From: a virus
Taxonomy: Duplodnaviria; Caudoviricetes
IMG/VR virus record: IMGVR_UViG_3300047564_001818
Reading direction: 5' to 3' (one strand)
DNA: 64,000 nt
Shown in pieces: positions 11,501 through 19,288 of the stretch. Position numbers and translations under genes: made by a program. How positions within the stretch are numbered: position 1 is the first letter of the stretch; each line of letters begins with the position of its first letter. Under the pieces are notes generated by a model. It was given only the letters and a program-made list of their open reading frames with translations. It was not told the DNA's origin and did no database searches.

Positions 11501-11876
11501 CATTAGGACGAAACTCCAAATCTTCGTTTGAGGTATTAGTACTGATAACATTATTTTCAATGTCAATACTATCAATTACTAATTTGTTCTGGTATATAAC
11601 ATTATCTGCTGTACCTAATGTCAACACATTGTCTAGTGTAGAAATAGTATTGCCTAAGAAATTTACACTAGAAATTTGCGCTTCTGTGTTTACTTCTATA
11701 CCGGGCGCTCTAATTGTACCGTTTACATCTAAATCGTATTGAGGAGATGCAGTATTGATACCAATTCGGCTGTTATTAACATCAAGATATAGTAGATCAT
11801 TCTCAAAGGCTAAGTTTACTCCTTCTCTCAGAAGGTTAGCCCTCAAGAGTGGACCACTAATGCGACCAATAGCCAT
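8541..11876 (-). CDS. 1111-aa fibre-like structural protein with beta-helix domain and inserted LamG/concanavalin-like domain
   Basis: LYVAVNGSD...PYRSLAYAL beta-helix start; KRFGTSSLQLDG...FGTGDFTVE...YIDEFRISK LamG motifs; LPNGTTAQRP...GMIRYNTD repeats; paralog of 12007-14472. Confidence 0.8.
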   Translation of the reverse strand: MAIGRISGPLLRANLLREGVNLAFENDLLYLDVNNSRIGINTASPQYDLDVNGTIRAPGIEVNTEAQISSVNFLGNTISTLDNVLTLGTADNVIYQNKLVIDSIDIENNVISTNTSNEDLEFRPNGSGTVEIFADTNVYGNIVATGSITANGNITIGDANTDNVTFNAEINSNIIPDAHNTYNLGSNPATGGKSWANIWTNNFFAGSVTTGFVEVDGIDITLRQGNILYVAVNGSDTYSGTHPNDPYRSLAYALSQATSGDTIHIYPGTYLEVFPMTIPAGVTVKGHSIRSVTIKPTPATQNNDAFLLNGEVTIEDITVKDFYNGYAFKFAPGFTVTTRSPYIRNISVITSGSVTSGTDPRGFDAGDAGKGAYLDGSVATTGSREAACLFHSVTFITPGVDALVITNGTRVEWLNCFTYFANRGLTALDGVTGLKGTGKTAIRVDGITGSYLAGETVTYYDTDGVTVLATGTVSSVDTDGKFYVSGKQTGFETFSERGGKTIVRYNNPVTDTAIKRFGTSSLQLDGVEDYIGVSANNDFGFGTGDFTVEAFVYLTSLSGNREIFDFRAGAFGDVAPVVYISNGGQIRYYTNSADRIIGSTLLTGQWYHIALSRISGTTSLYVDGTRVGSAYADSNDYGTTKPVTIGARFDGGNSASAYIDEFRISKEISRYSGSTLIVPAGEFTSDSNTVLLLHFNNIDDSSAIFEDDTLLAQDIRFSGGATADFITLTDFTDFGGEVRSIASACVYGNYGAYGDGPGVLMYLISQNFAYIGNGKFEDNDNTTVIQANEVVELNDAKIRYSSVDHKGDFRVGDLFYVNQETGTVTFTSSDLNIETTTGITITTGSSTTNITGEYIDTGNLRLSGNTVSSVSGDIILDADSGTVRINSTGALNLPNGTTAQRPSSPELGMIRYNTDTNLFEGYDGNWIALNGVYDLDLDTYITTELTPGANDGVIRFYIQGDEKLSIDTDKLEISRIEVDDISIDGNVIRTETTNTDLVLSANGSGAVVIDEIAIKNSTITNRTTDGILYFQQEGNGYFKISGSNGVVMPVGTSAERPAAAYRETGMTRFNTEAGYLEIWDGNSWVSVAGASGSITFSAAESLAIEYVLTLG

Positions 11877-11987
11877 CTCTTCTCCTCAACACGGGGATCC
11901 TGTCCCTCTCACCGAATTTTCAGCTTGCGCTCTTTGCTGGTGCCCACAGTTTGACAGTATAGCACAATGGTCGCTGTGCTACATTAT
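11877..11987 (-). ncRNA. Candidate structured 5' leader (cis-regulatory RNA)
   Basis: About 110-nt GC-richer leader between the late promoter and the GAGGAG SD. 7-bp hairpin TAGCACA/TGTGCTA (11960-11981); CTGTC/GACAG, CACC/GGTG and CAGC/GCTG nested stems. Confidence 0.4.
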
Positions 11988-11994
11988 TATTTAT
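11988..11994 (-). promoter_or_regulatory. Late promoter motif ATAAATA
   Basis: Intergenic, just downstream of the stop of 12007-14472. Confidence 0.65.
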
Positions 11995-12006
11995 CGTTTT
12001 TTAGTA

Positions 12007-14472
12007 TTACCCTAATACTAGAGTATAGATATCCATTAATTCTTTAAAGGTTTCTTCAGTAACAGATTCGTCTTCGCCTGTACTTGGTTGCCATTCTGTT
12101 CCATTCCAAGTTTCAAGATATAATAAATCAAGATTCCATCGTGTATCTCCAATTTCAGGAGAACCGGATCTTTCTGCAGTTGTACCGTATGGTATTACAA
12201 GACCTGTAGTGCTATCAAACTTAGCATACCCTCTATCGGTAGTTGCTATTACAAAAGCACTATTTGATATATTAGAAAAATACGAATCGTTTATGTCTAT
12301 ATCAAACGTATTTACAACAGCATTTCCACTTCTTATTAGTTCTAAATCACTGTTGCTTAGTGTAGTTCTAATTATATTGTTATCGAAAAGTATATTTTCA
12401 TTAGACAGGCCGTGAATTTCTAAACTGTAAGGTGTTAGTCTACCTCTTTCTGCACTGCTGGTTCTAAAAATTATTTCATTACTAAAATTAGTAGCATCAA
12501 CACTAGTTGCTCTATTGTCAGAATAGATTCCACCAAAACTTAAATTAGCAGTCGAGTATCCTTCATATAAGTTTGTTTGAGTGTTATATCTAACGTTGCT
12601 GCTAACGTTAGTTCTTTCAATATTTGTGCCTCTACTTACAATTAACCCAGGATTACTTGTTAAGGTCAATATTTCTGTATACGGTGATATTTCTAAATCT
12701 TCAGCAATGTTAATAATAGTATTGCCTGTAATTCTTAAATTACCAGTATCAATACGTTCACCATCAATATAAGTAATAGATCCATTTGTATTGACGATAA
12801 TACTGCTTACTCCAGAAAAGTCTATGTTTTCGGCATTAATACTTGTGGTACCGGTTTCAAAATCTACAAAAAACTGATCTCCGATTCTATAGGTTCCAAA
12901 TGCATCAGTACTATTGTAGTAAATTTTGCCGAAGTTTATTTCAACTGTTTCGTTAGCTTGTTCTACCAGTGTGCCATCATTGGTTACATCTTTACCTGTT
13001 CCTATATAAGCAAAGTTATGACCTATTAGATACATTAAGGTATTAGGTCCATTGGCTACAGCACCAAAGTTTCCGTAAACATTTGCACTACCAATACTGC
13101 GTATTTCTGCTCCGTATCTTAAACTACTGTCGCTGAGAGGTTTGCCTATGGATCCCTCTAGTGCGTATAATCCACGGTTAGCAAAATATGTAAAACTATT
13201 AAGCCATTCTACTCTTACGCCGTTGGTCATTGTAATACAATCTACACCAGGTGTAATAAAAGTAGCACTGTGGAATAGCATACTGGCTTCTAAACTGTCA
13301 GCATCAAGTTCGCTACCATCTATATAGGCGCCTCGGCCTGCATCAGCATTGTTAAATCCTCTAGGATCAGCTGCTGAAGTTACACTGCCTTGCGTGATAA
13401 CACTTACGTTTCTAATGTAGGGACTTCTAGTACTTACTAGACCATTTGGTGTAAATCTAAAAGCATGACCTGTGTTAGTTACACTGTTGTAATAAAAATC
13501 CTTAACTGTAATATTTTCTATAGTAACATCGCCTTGTACTAAAAAAGCATCTTGTGTTTCTGTTACAGATGTAGGTGTTATAACTGTGTTTCTTAAATCT
13601 TCGCCGCTCACAGTTACATGTGGAGGTACTGTTAACGGAAAATCTTCTTCGTATACACCAGGAAATATATGAATAACAATTGGTCCTTCTGTACTTCCAT
13701 CGCTTTGTGCAAGAGCATGTTTTAGTGTACGGAATGCACCATGCTGATGGTCGCCTACATTAGTGTCACTGCCTAGAGTACTAACATAAAAAATGTTACC
13801 TTGTCTACGTGCTACACTAGTGCCGCTAGATATTAATTCTTCAAGTTGAATTGATTGGCCGTTAAGTAAAGTACTATAAATTCCAAGCCATTGTTTACTT
13901 GGAGAACCTAAATTACTTGTATTATCTTGATCTGGTATAAGATCACTATTAACATCAGCTGCAAACGAAACATTATCTGCATCATTGTTACCTAATGTTA
14001 GATTTCCTCCAAATGTAATATCACCTGTAGCGTGTAAGCTTCCAGTAATATTCCAATTACTGTGCATGTTTAGTGTGCCAGTACCGTTTGGCCTAATTTC
14101 TATATTAGAGTTAGAGGTAGTTGAGCTAATAGTATTAAAATCAAATTTTAAGTTAGCAGTAGCAATACTGGTAGCAAAAATATAGTCTGCACTGGTTAAG
14201 AATATATTGCCTATGTTGTTAACTATTTCGCTATTTTGTATCGAATAGTTTCCAGTATTTACATAGTCTGCTAATAAGTTGACTGTTCTATAGGTTGTTG
14301 GTATACTTAAAGTATCGCCAGGTGCTTCTGTGTTAATACCAATTCGGCTGTTGTTTACATCTAAATGAAGCAGTGCAGTATCACTGGTTGTATTTTTAAA
14401 GTTGAGATTTACGCCTTGGCGCAGTAGATTATCTTGTAAAACTCCACCTGAGATGCGCCCTAACTGTGACAT
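12007..14472 (-). CDS. 821-aa fibre-like structural protein with beta-helix domain (paralog of 8541-11876, without LamG)
   Basis: MSQLGRISGGVLQDNLLRQGVNL vs MAIGRISGPLLRANLLREGVNL; shared FITPGVD...NG.RVEWLN.FTYFANRGL motif. Confidence 0.8.
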   Translation of the reverse strand: MSQLGRISGGVLQDNLLRQGVNLNFKNTTSDTALLHLDVNNSRIGINTEAPGDTLSIPTTYRTVNLLADYVNTGNYSIQNSEIVNNIGNIFLTSADYIFATSIATANLKFDFNTISSTTSNSNIEIRPNGTGTLNMHSNWNITGSLHATGDITFGGNLTLGNNDADNVSFAADVNSDLIPDQDNTSNLGSPSKQWLGIYSTLLNGQSIQLEELISSGTSVARRQGNIFYVSTLGSDTNVGDHQHGAFRTLKHALAQSDGSTEGPIVIHIFPGVYEEDFPLTVPPHVTVSGEDLRNTVITPTSVTETQDAFLVQGDVTIENITVKDFYYNSVTNTGHAFRFTPNGLVSTRSPYIRNVSVITQGSVTSAADPRGFNNADAGRGAYIDGSELDADSLEASMLFHSATFITPGVDCITMTNGVRVEWLNSFTYFANRGLYALEGSIGKPLSDSSLRYGAEIRSIGSANVYGNFGAVANGPNTLMYLIGHNFAYIGTGKDVTNDGTLVEQANETVEINFGKIYYNSTDAFGTYRIGDQFFVDFETGTTSINAENIDFSGVSSIIVNTNGSITYIDGERIDTGNLRITGNTIINIAEDLEISPYTEILTLTSNPGLIVSRGTNIERTNVSSNVRYNTQTNLYEGYSTANLSFGGIYSDNRATSVDATNFSNEIIFRTSSAERGRLTPYSLEIHGLSNENILFDNNIIRTTLSNSDLELIRSGNAVVNTFDIDINDSYFSNISNSAFVIATTDRGYAKFDSTTGLVIPYGTTAERSGSPEIGDTRWNLDLLYLETWNGTEWQPSTGEDESVTEETFKELMDIYTLVLG

Positions 14473-14491
14473 TGATTACTCCTTGACACAG

Positions 14492-14498
14492 TATTTAT
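14492..14498 (-). promoter_or_regulatory. Late promoter motif ATAAATA overlapping the upstream stop codon
   Basis: TAA of 14495-15055 forms part of ATAAATA; AAGGAG SD follows before ATG 14472. Confidence 0.6.
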
Positions 14499-15055
14499 TT
14501 GTCAAAGTTATGAATAACTGTTACTGGTTTTCCTAAAGGTACAGCACCAGTAAATTCAATCCACCATCCTGTATCTGTTTCTGTATAAGGTGCGTTTGGA
14601 CCAGTTAAATTAACCTGTGCTGTTTGTCTAATATTATAGTTTGTTGCCGGAAGTTGATAAACGTTTTCAACAAAAACTAATATATTTTGAGATGCTGCTG
14701 GTGCCGGAAAGTCTACGTCTCCGCTGTTTAATTCACCAAACACAGTTTCTGTAGCATCGCCATTACCTAGATTCTGTACAACAATACCTGGATCTTGGTT
14801 AGGTTCTTTGAATCTAACATTTCTCCAAGCACCGTTTTGATAAGCTTCTAATTGATCTGTAGTAGTATTATATCTTACATGACCTTCTGTTGCGGCTGTT
14901 GCTATACCTGATTCTCCGGGTCTTGCAGTTTCTGCACCTTTAGGTACTAGCATAGCACGTTCACTGTCTACTATGACTTGATTGTCATAGTCATATTTTA
15001 CGCCTTTACCGTAAATATTTCTAAGATTAGTGTTTTGTGCTTTTAACAATCTCAT
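14495..15055 (-). CDS. Hypothetical virion protein (186 aa) with the fibre-type PKG...RP...G.VRYNT module
   Basis: Shares VPKGAETARP...GHVRYNTTTDQLEAYQNGAW with the C-termini of neighbouring fibre-like proteins. Confidence 0.7.
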   Translation of the reverse strand: MRLLKAQNTNLRNIYGKGVKYDYDNQVIVDSERAMLVPKGAETARPGESGIATAATEGHVRYNTTTDQLEAYQNGAWRNVRFKEPNQDPGIVVQNLGNGDATETVFGELNSGDVDFPAPAASQNILVFVENVYQLPATNYNIRQTAQVNLTGPNAPYTETDTGWWIEFTGAVPLGKPVTVIHNFDK

Positions 15056-15056
15056 A

Positions 15057-15392
15057 TTATACTTCCAAATAGCTTACTGTAGCTGCAAGATTAGTAAGTC
15101 CTGATCCAATAGTAGGTTCTGCCACAAACGTAATTCTATCGCCTTGATCCAAAACAATACGTTCTGAATCGAATGTAAAAGTTTCTCCTGGCGGAAGAGT
15201 TAGATTTCTTACAACAGTTGTAACAGCATTACTAAGTGTGTCGCCAAAAGGTATTAAATGTAGGTCGAAACTAGCACTAGCTGCTAACGAAGTATTGCAA
15301 ACTAAAATGTTAGTAATTGCATAACTTTTTTCAACAGGAACAACTAAGATATCTAATGCAGTTGTTGTTAATTGGGCATTTACTATTGCCAT
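15057..15392 (-). CDS. Small beta-sandwich-type structural protein (111 aa), paralog of 8207-8536
   Basis: Same sequence pattern as 8207-8536; AAGGA SD upstream. Confidence 0.7.
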   Translation of the reverse strand: MAIVNAQLTTTALDILVVPVEKSYAITNILVCNTSLAASASFDLHLIPFGDTLSNAVTTVVRNLTLPPGETFTFDSERIVLDQGDRITFVAEPTIGSGLTNLAATVSYLEV

Positions 15393-15402
15393 ATTTTTTT
15401 CC

Positions 15403-16377
15403 TTAAAATAACATACTAAAAAGTAATGATCTATTCTTACTTACTAATTCGTCTCTAGTTTGATTAGCATTTGCGAAATAAATCCCAGTCTTACCAGTAT
15501 ATTCGTCTGAAATATAAATTTTTGCACCGTTACTAGGAAAACTTGGACTTGTGCTAGGATCGTTGTCACCAGGTACACTATTAATATGTAATACATCATC
15601 AACTCTTATACTACCAGTTCCTGATGATTTTAATACTAGATCACTATTACTAGTAAGTGTATCTATAGTTGTTCCTGCGATTCTTATTTCATCAAATTCC
15701 CAGCGGTCAATAAAAAGCTGACTTACAGTAACTCCATCAATAGCAAAATTAATTACACTGTCGACTCCACTAGTTTCTTCGTCGACCACAATAATACTCG
15801 ATGTTGATATTACTCCGTCACCTATCTGTCCAAGAAACACTGTAGAAAATGCTGTAGTAATTGCATCGTCTACATATTTTTTATTTGTAATATGATCGTC
15901 GTCGGTAACATTTACTTCATAGTTTGTAGTTCCAGTAACGCTGATTACTCCTGTGCCGCTGTTTATTAAATAAAGGTCGCCGCCGCCAGTTGATATACTG
16001 TTAGTCCTAATTCCAACTAAAGATCCTTCGTTGTCTCTAAAAACAAATCCGCCTGTTTTAGTAGTTTCTGTATTTGGATCTCTCCAGGTTATGTTTTCGT
16101 TAAATGTAAAGAATGCGTCAGAAAATGTACCTCGGTCTATTCTTAACCCTGCTTCGTCAAGTGTAATACCTGCTCCAGTTTCTCCGCTATTAACAACGAT
16201 AATATTGTCTCTAACAGCTAAATCTTCACTTTGAACCGTTGTAGTATTACCCTCAACAATTAAGTCGCCTGTAATAACAACTTGACCTTGTTCAGAACCT
16301 GTATTCAATCTTATTTGGCCGCCTTCTTGTACGGTTACATAAAAATTGCCATTTGGTACATTAATAAATCTTGACAT
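15403..16377 (-). CDS. Hypothetical fibre-like virion protein (324 aa)
   Basis: VITGDLIVEGNTTTV...DNIIVVN...AGLRIDRG beta-repeat pattern typical of phage fibres; C-terminal LVSKNRSLLFSMLF. Confidence 0.65.
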   Translation of the reverse strand: MSRFINVPNGNFYVTVQEGGQIRLNTGSEQGQVVITGDLIVEGNTTTVQSEDLAVRDNIIVVNSGETGAGITLDEAGLRIDRGTFSDAFFTFNENITWRDPNTETTKTGGFVFRDNEGSLVGIRTNSISTGGGDLYLINSGTGVISVTGTTNYEVNVTDDDHITNKKYVDDAITTAFSTVFLGQIGDGVISTSSIIVVDEETSGVDSVINFAIDGVTVSQLFIDRWEFDEIRIAGTTIDTLTSNSDLVLKSSGTGSIRVDDVLHINSVPGDNDPSTSPSFPSNGAKIYISDEYTGKTGIYFANANQTRDELVSKNRSLLFSMLF

Positions 16378-16390
16378 TTACGATCCTTAG

Positions 16391-16414
16391 TATGGGGGGA
16401 TTGCTCCCCCCATA
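16391..16414 (-). other. Perfect 10-bp hairpin with GNRA (GCAA) loop, no U-tract
   Basis: TATGGGGGGA-TTGC-TCCCCCCATA on +; the loop reads GCAA on the sense (-) strand; sits between two co-oriented genes. Confidence 0.7.
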
Positions 16415-16418
16415 ATCA

Positions 16419-16838
16419 TTAAAGTGCTGTTAAAACAATATAATCGTTTGAGCTATCGTTTTCTAGATACCAAGTATATTTGTTTCCAGAAAAGTCAGTT
16501 GCTACTCGCTTAGTTATTTTTGCAATAGCTACTTCTGCGCTGGTTACATCGCCGCCTGATGGTGTTGCATAACCAACTAATCTCATTTGTCCTAATGCCG
16601 AAGGTGTAGCAGATTGTAATACACAAGTTACAGTATCAGTACTGTCTTTGCCTTTATTTCCTGCTAGATTTCCTACTCTAGTTACTTTAAAAGTTTTTGC
16701 ACCACGTTGTTTAACAATAGCACCATCTGTTCTTAATGAAGTGCCGTCATGAAATGCAATTCTTATACCAGCAGCCGAACTGGTAAAAGAACCAATAACA
16801 TCTACTCCGTTTATATCTTTTCTTAATGGACGTCCCAT
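16419..16838 (-). CDS. Hypothetical virion protein (139 aa) immediately downstream of the major capsid gene
   Basis: Strong AAGGAG SD and its own late promoter; position suggests a head-associated protein (inference). Confidence 0.7.
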   Translation of the reverse strand: MGRPLRKDINGVDVIGSFTSSAAGIRIAFHDGTSLRTDGAIVKQRGAKTFKVTRVGNLAGNKGKDSTDTVTCVLQSATPSALGQMRLVGYATPSGGDVTSAEVAIAKITKRVATDFSGNKYTWYLENDSSNDYIVLTAL

Positions 16839-16920
16839 TGTTTTCTCCTTGACGTTCTAGGTCTACGCGGTGGGTCAATTCCGCATAAGTCCTCCGAATG
16901 AGGCACGATTAACGACAAAG
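16839..16920 (-). ncRNA. Candidate cis-regulatory leader with H-type pseudoknot overlapping the SD
   Basis: Stem TATGCGG/CCGCGTA (16864-16887); loop TTGAC (16874-16878) complementary to GTCAA (16849-16853), which overlaps AAGGAG (16845-16850); upstream CCTC/GAGG hairpin. Confidence 0.5.
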
Positions 16921-16927
16921 TATTTAT
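16921..16927 (-). promoter_or_regulatory. Late promoter motif ATAAATA
   Basis: Lies just downstream of the capsid terminator and restarts transcription. Confidence 0.7.
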
Positions 16928-16945
16928 CAAATTTGTATAAGTCAT

Positions 16946-16973
16946 AAAAATAGGCCCCGTAGGGCCTATTTTT
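16946..16973 (-). terminator. Rho-independent (bidirectional) terminator after the major capsid gene
   Basis: AAAAATAGGCCC-CGTA-GGGCCTATTTTT, 12-bp inverted repeat; the loop reads UACG (UNCG class) on the sense strand, with T-runs on both strands. Confidence 0.9.
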
Positions 16974-16990
16974 TAAGTTATATATACCTA

Positions 16991-18160
16991 TTAGCTGAAG
17001 CTTACGTTGCCGCTAGTGATAGCAACTTTACCTAGGTAGTCTGCTGCGTTACCAAGTGTCGAAGCAGTGTTTGTTAGTTCAACATAACCATAGCGAGTCA
17101 TGAAGCTCACAGTTGGTTCGAATGTTGACGGATCTAGTACAACACCGCTGCTCATCAATGGAATGTATGGGCAGTAGAATGCGGCTGCGTCTGATTCTGA
17201 AGAACCTTTGTAACCGATCAGTACTGCTGAGTCATCTGCTGCGTATGTATTTACATATACACGCATAGCATTATTCAAAGTACCAACCATCTTAGTGTTA
17301 GTTGGTGCTTCAAAAGTACCTTCAGTTGTACGAGCAAACGCTGAAGTAGTTGCTGACTGAAGAATTGTTAGCGCGAATGGGCTAACAACTGCCCAGTTAC
17401 CAGCACCACGACGTGTACGCTGTGCAATCAAGTTGCTTACACGGTTGATTTGAACTGCTAGAGCAGCATGTTCGTCACCAACGAATGTAGCAGTACCGCT
17501 TACAGCAGCTTGGTCGTAAGTTTGGTACACACTAGCAAGAGTGCCTAGAGAATTAAGTACTTCTTGGTCGATTTCAGCAGTAATCTCTTGTGCAAGAGCA
17601 GCCATGATTTCTGCTTCAACGTCGATGCCATGCTGTGACTGTGCGTCTTGAGCAGCTTCGAAAGTCCAGCGTGCGCTGATCTTACGAGTTTTGGCTTCAA
17701 CAGTTTGCTTCAAGATTTGAATGCTTAGTCTGTTACCAGCTGTGCCTTCTGCTGCGGCAGTTGCAGCAGCTTTACCAGCAGTAGTACCTGTATATGCTTC
17801 AGCGATCTTGAATGGGCTTAGGGCTTCTTCACCTGCAACTGCACCTGAAGCGCCTGAGCCAAATGTGTCCGCATAACGAACACGTAGAGTGTGGATTTGA
17901 CCCACAGGACCTGTCATTGGCTGAACGCCAATGAGTTCGTTAGCAATGACTGTTGGCATTACACGACGAATAACTGGTAGGATAACACGGTTGAGTGTTG
18001 CGACATTACCGGCAGAAGTAGCACCAGCTGTAGCAGTTTCTGCTAGATAACGACGAGTGTTCTCTAGTGTAGTTGCCATTACAGCTTTTTTATTGCCTTG
18101 TAGGCCTTCAAGAAGTGCTGTCTTCGTATCCTGCCAGCGACTTTCTAGTAGTTCTGACAT
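16991..18160 (-). CDS. gp23: Major capsid protein, T4 gp23 family (compact, 389 aa)
   Basis: VIRRVMPTVIANELIGVQPMTGPVGQI, VEAKTRKISARWTFEAAQD, LAQEITAEIDQE and FYCPYIPL...TRYG are signature gp23 motifs. Confidence 0.97.
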   Translation of the reverse strand: MSELLESRWQDTKTALLEGLQGNKKAVMATTLENTRRYLAETATAGATSAGNVATLNRVILPVIRRVMPTVIANELIGVQPMTGPVGQIHTLRVRYADTFGSGASGAVAGEEALSPFKIAEAYTGTTAGKAAATAAAEGTAGNRLSIQILKQTVEAKTRKISARWTFEAAQDAQSQHGIDVEAEIMAALAQEITAEIDQEVLNSLGTLASVYQTYDQAAVSGTATFVGDEHAALAVQINRVSNLIAQRTRRGAGNWAVVSPFALTILQSATTSAFARTTEGTFEAPTNTKMVGTLNNAMRVYVNTYAADDSAVLIGYKGSSESDAAAFYCPYIPLMSSGVVLDPSTFEPTVSFMTRYGYVELTNTASTLGNAADYLGKVAITSGNVSFS

Positions 18161-18170
18161 TATTATCTCC

Positions 18171-19274
18171 TTAATTTAATCCAGCTAGACGGCGTAAGTC
18201 TAATACGTTACTGTCGTCTGCTTTACTACTAATGTTAGATTGTGACTGAGTGTCACGGTTGCCTGTTACTTCTTTGCCTTCTGATAATATTGCCTTCTGC
18301 TTCGCTGGACCTTTACCGTCGATAACTGTCGGTAGATACTTTTCAAACGCAGTTTGTAGTCTGCCTGTTTGAACACTTTCCAGTAAGTCTGTCATTATTT
18401 CGCGTTGATCTTTACTTAACGGAGAAATTAACTCGTTAATTGTTTTTTCACGCTTAACAGATTCTTCGAGACGCTTTCTTTGAGCTTCTGTTGCTTCTGC
18501 TAGTTTCTTTGCTTTTGCAGCAAATGCTTTTGTTTCTGCTAGTTGCTTGTTTTTTACATCAAGAACTTTTAGAAGTTTCGCAGTTTCTGAACTTTCATTT
18601 AGATATGAAACTCCGTACTCTGCCGCAAATGCTTCAAATATTTTACGACCAAAGTCGTTTCTTCGTGCTGTGTTAATATCTTCTTTAAGCGCATTGATCT
18701 CAGCTTTGAGACCTTTTGCAACTGTTTCAGATACTGCACGAGCACTTCTTTCGATAAAGTCTTTTTTAACTTTAGCGAAGTGTTCTTTAGCTTCACGTAC
18801 TAAACGTACTTTTGTTTCAGCTAAATCTTTTTTATCTTCGTAAAATTCTGCGATTTCATTTGATAGGGCTTCTACCACAAACTCTTCAAGCTTGGCATAG
18901 TTTTCAGCCATTGCTCGTTTGTCTGCATGTAGTTCTAAGATTTCTTTTTGTAGTTGTTCTACTACAAAACCTTTTAGAAGATTTGCATTTTCACGCATAG
19001 CTACTGCATAACGTGCTTTTGCTTCTGCTAGTTGTTTGCGATCTGTTGCAAACTCTGCAATTTCTTCTTGAAGACGCTCAGATAGCATAGCATCAATTGC
19101 TTCTACCATTGTCTGCTTATCATGCTCATACTTCTGTGCGAATTCTTCGCGAAGATCAGCGGTAGCAGCACGACGGTTTTCGGCAACCTTTGCTTCCCAA
19201 GCTTCTTCAATCTGTGCCCTGACCTCTTGTGAAACAACATCGTTTTCGAAGAGTGTTTTCAGTGCATCTATCAT
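18171..19274 (-). CDS. gp22: Prohead core scaffolding protein, gp22-like
   Basis: Coiled-coil Glu/Lys/Ala-rich protein between gp21 and gp23; MIDALKTLFE...IEEAWEAKV start. Confidence 0.85.
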   Translation of the reverse strand: MIDALKTLFENDVVSQEVRAQIEEAWEAKVAENRRAATADLREEFAQKYEHDKQTMVEAIDAMLSERLQEEIAEFATDRKQLAEAKARYAVAMRENANLLKGFVVEQLQKEILELHADKRAMAENYAKLEEFVVEALSNEIAEFYEDKKDLAETKVRLVREAKEHFAKVKKDFIERSARAVSETVAKGLKAEINALKEDINTARRNDFGRKIFEAFAAEYGVSYLNESSETAKLLKVLDVKNKQLAETKAFAAKAKKLAEATEAQRKRLEESVKREKTINELISPLSKDQREIMTDLLESVQTGRLQTAFEKYLPTVIDGKGPAKQKAILSEGKEVTGNRDTQSQSNISSKADDSNVLDLRRLAGLN

Positions 19275-19288
19275 ACCATTCTCCTAGT

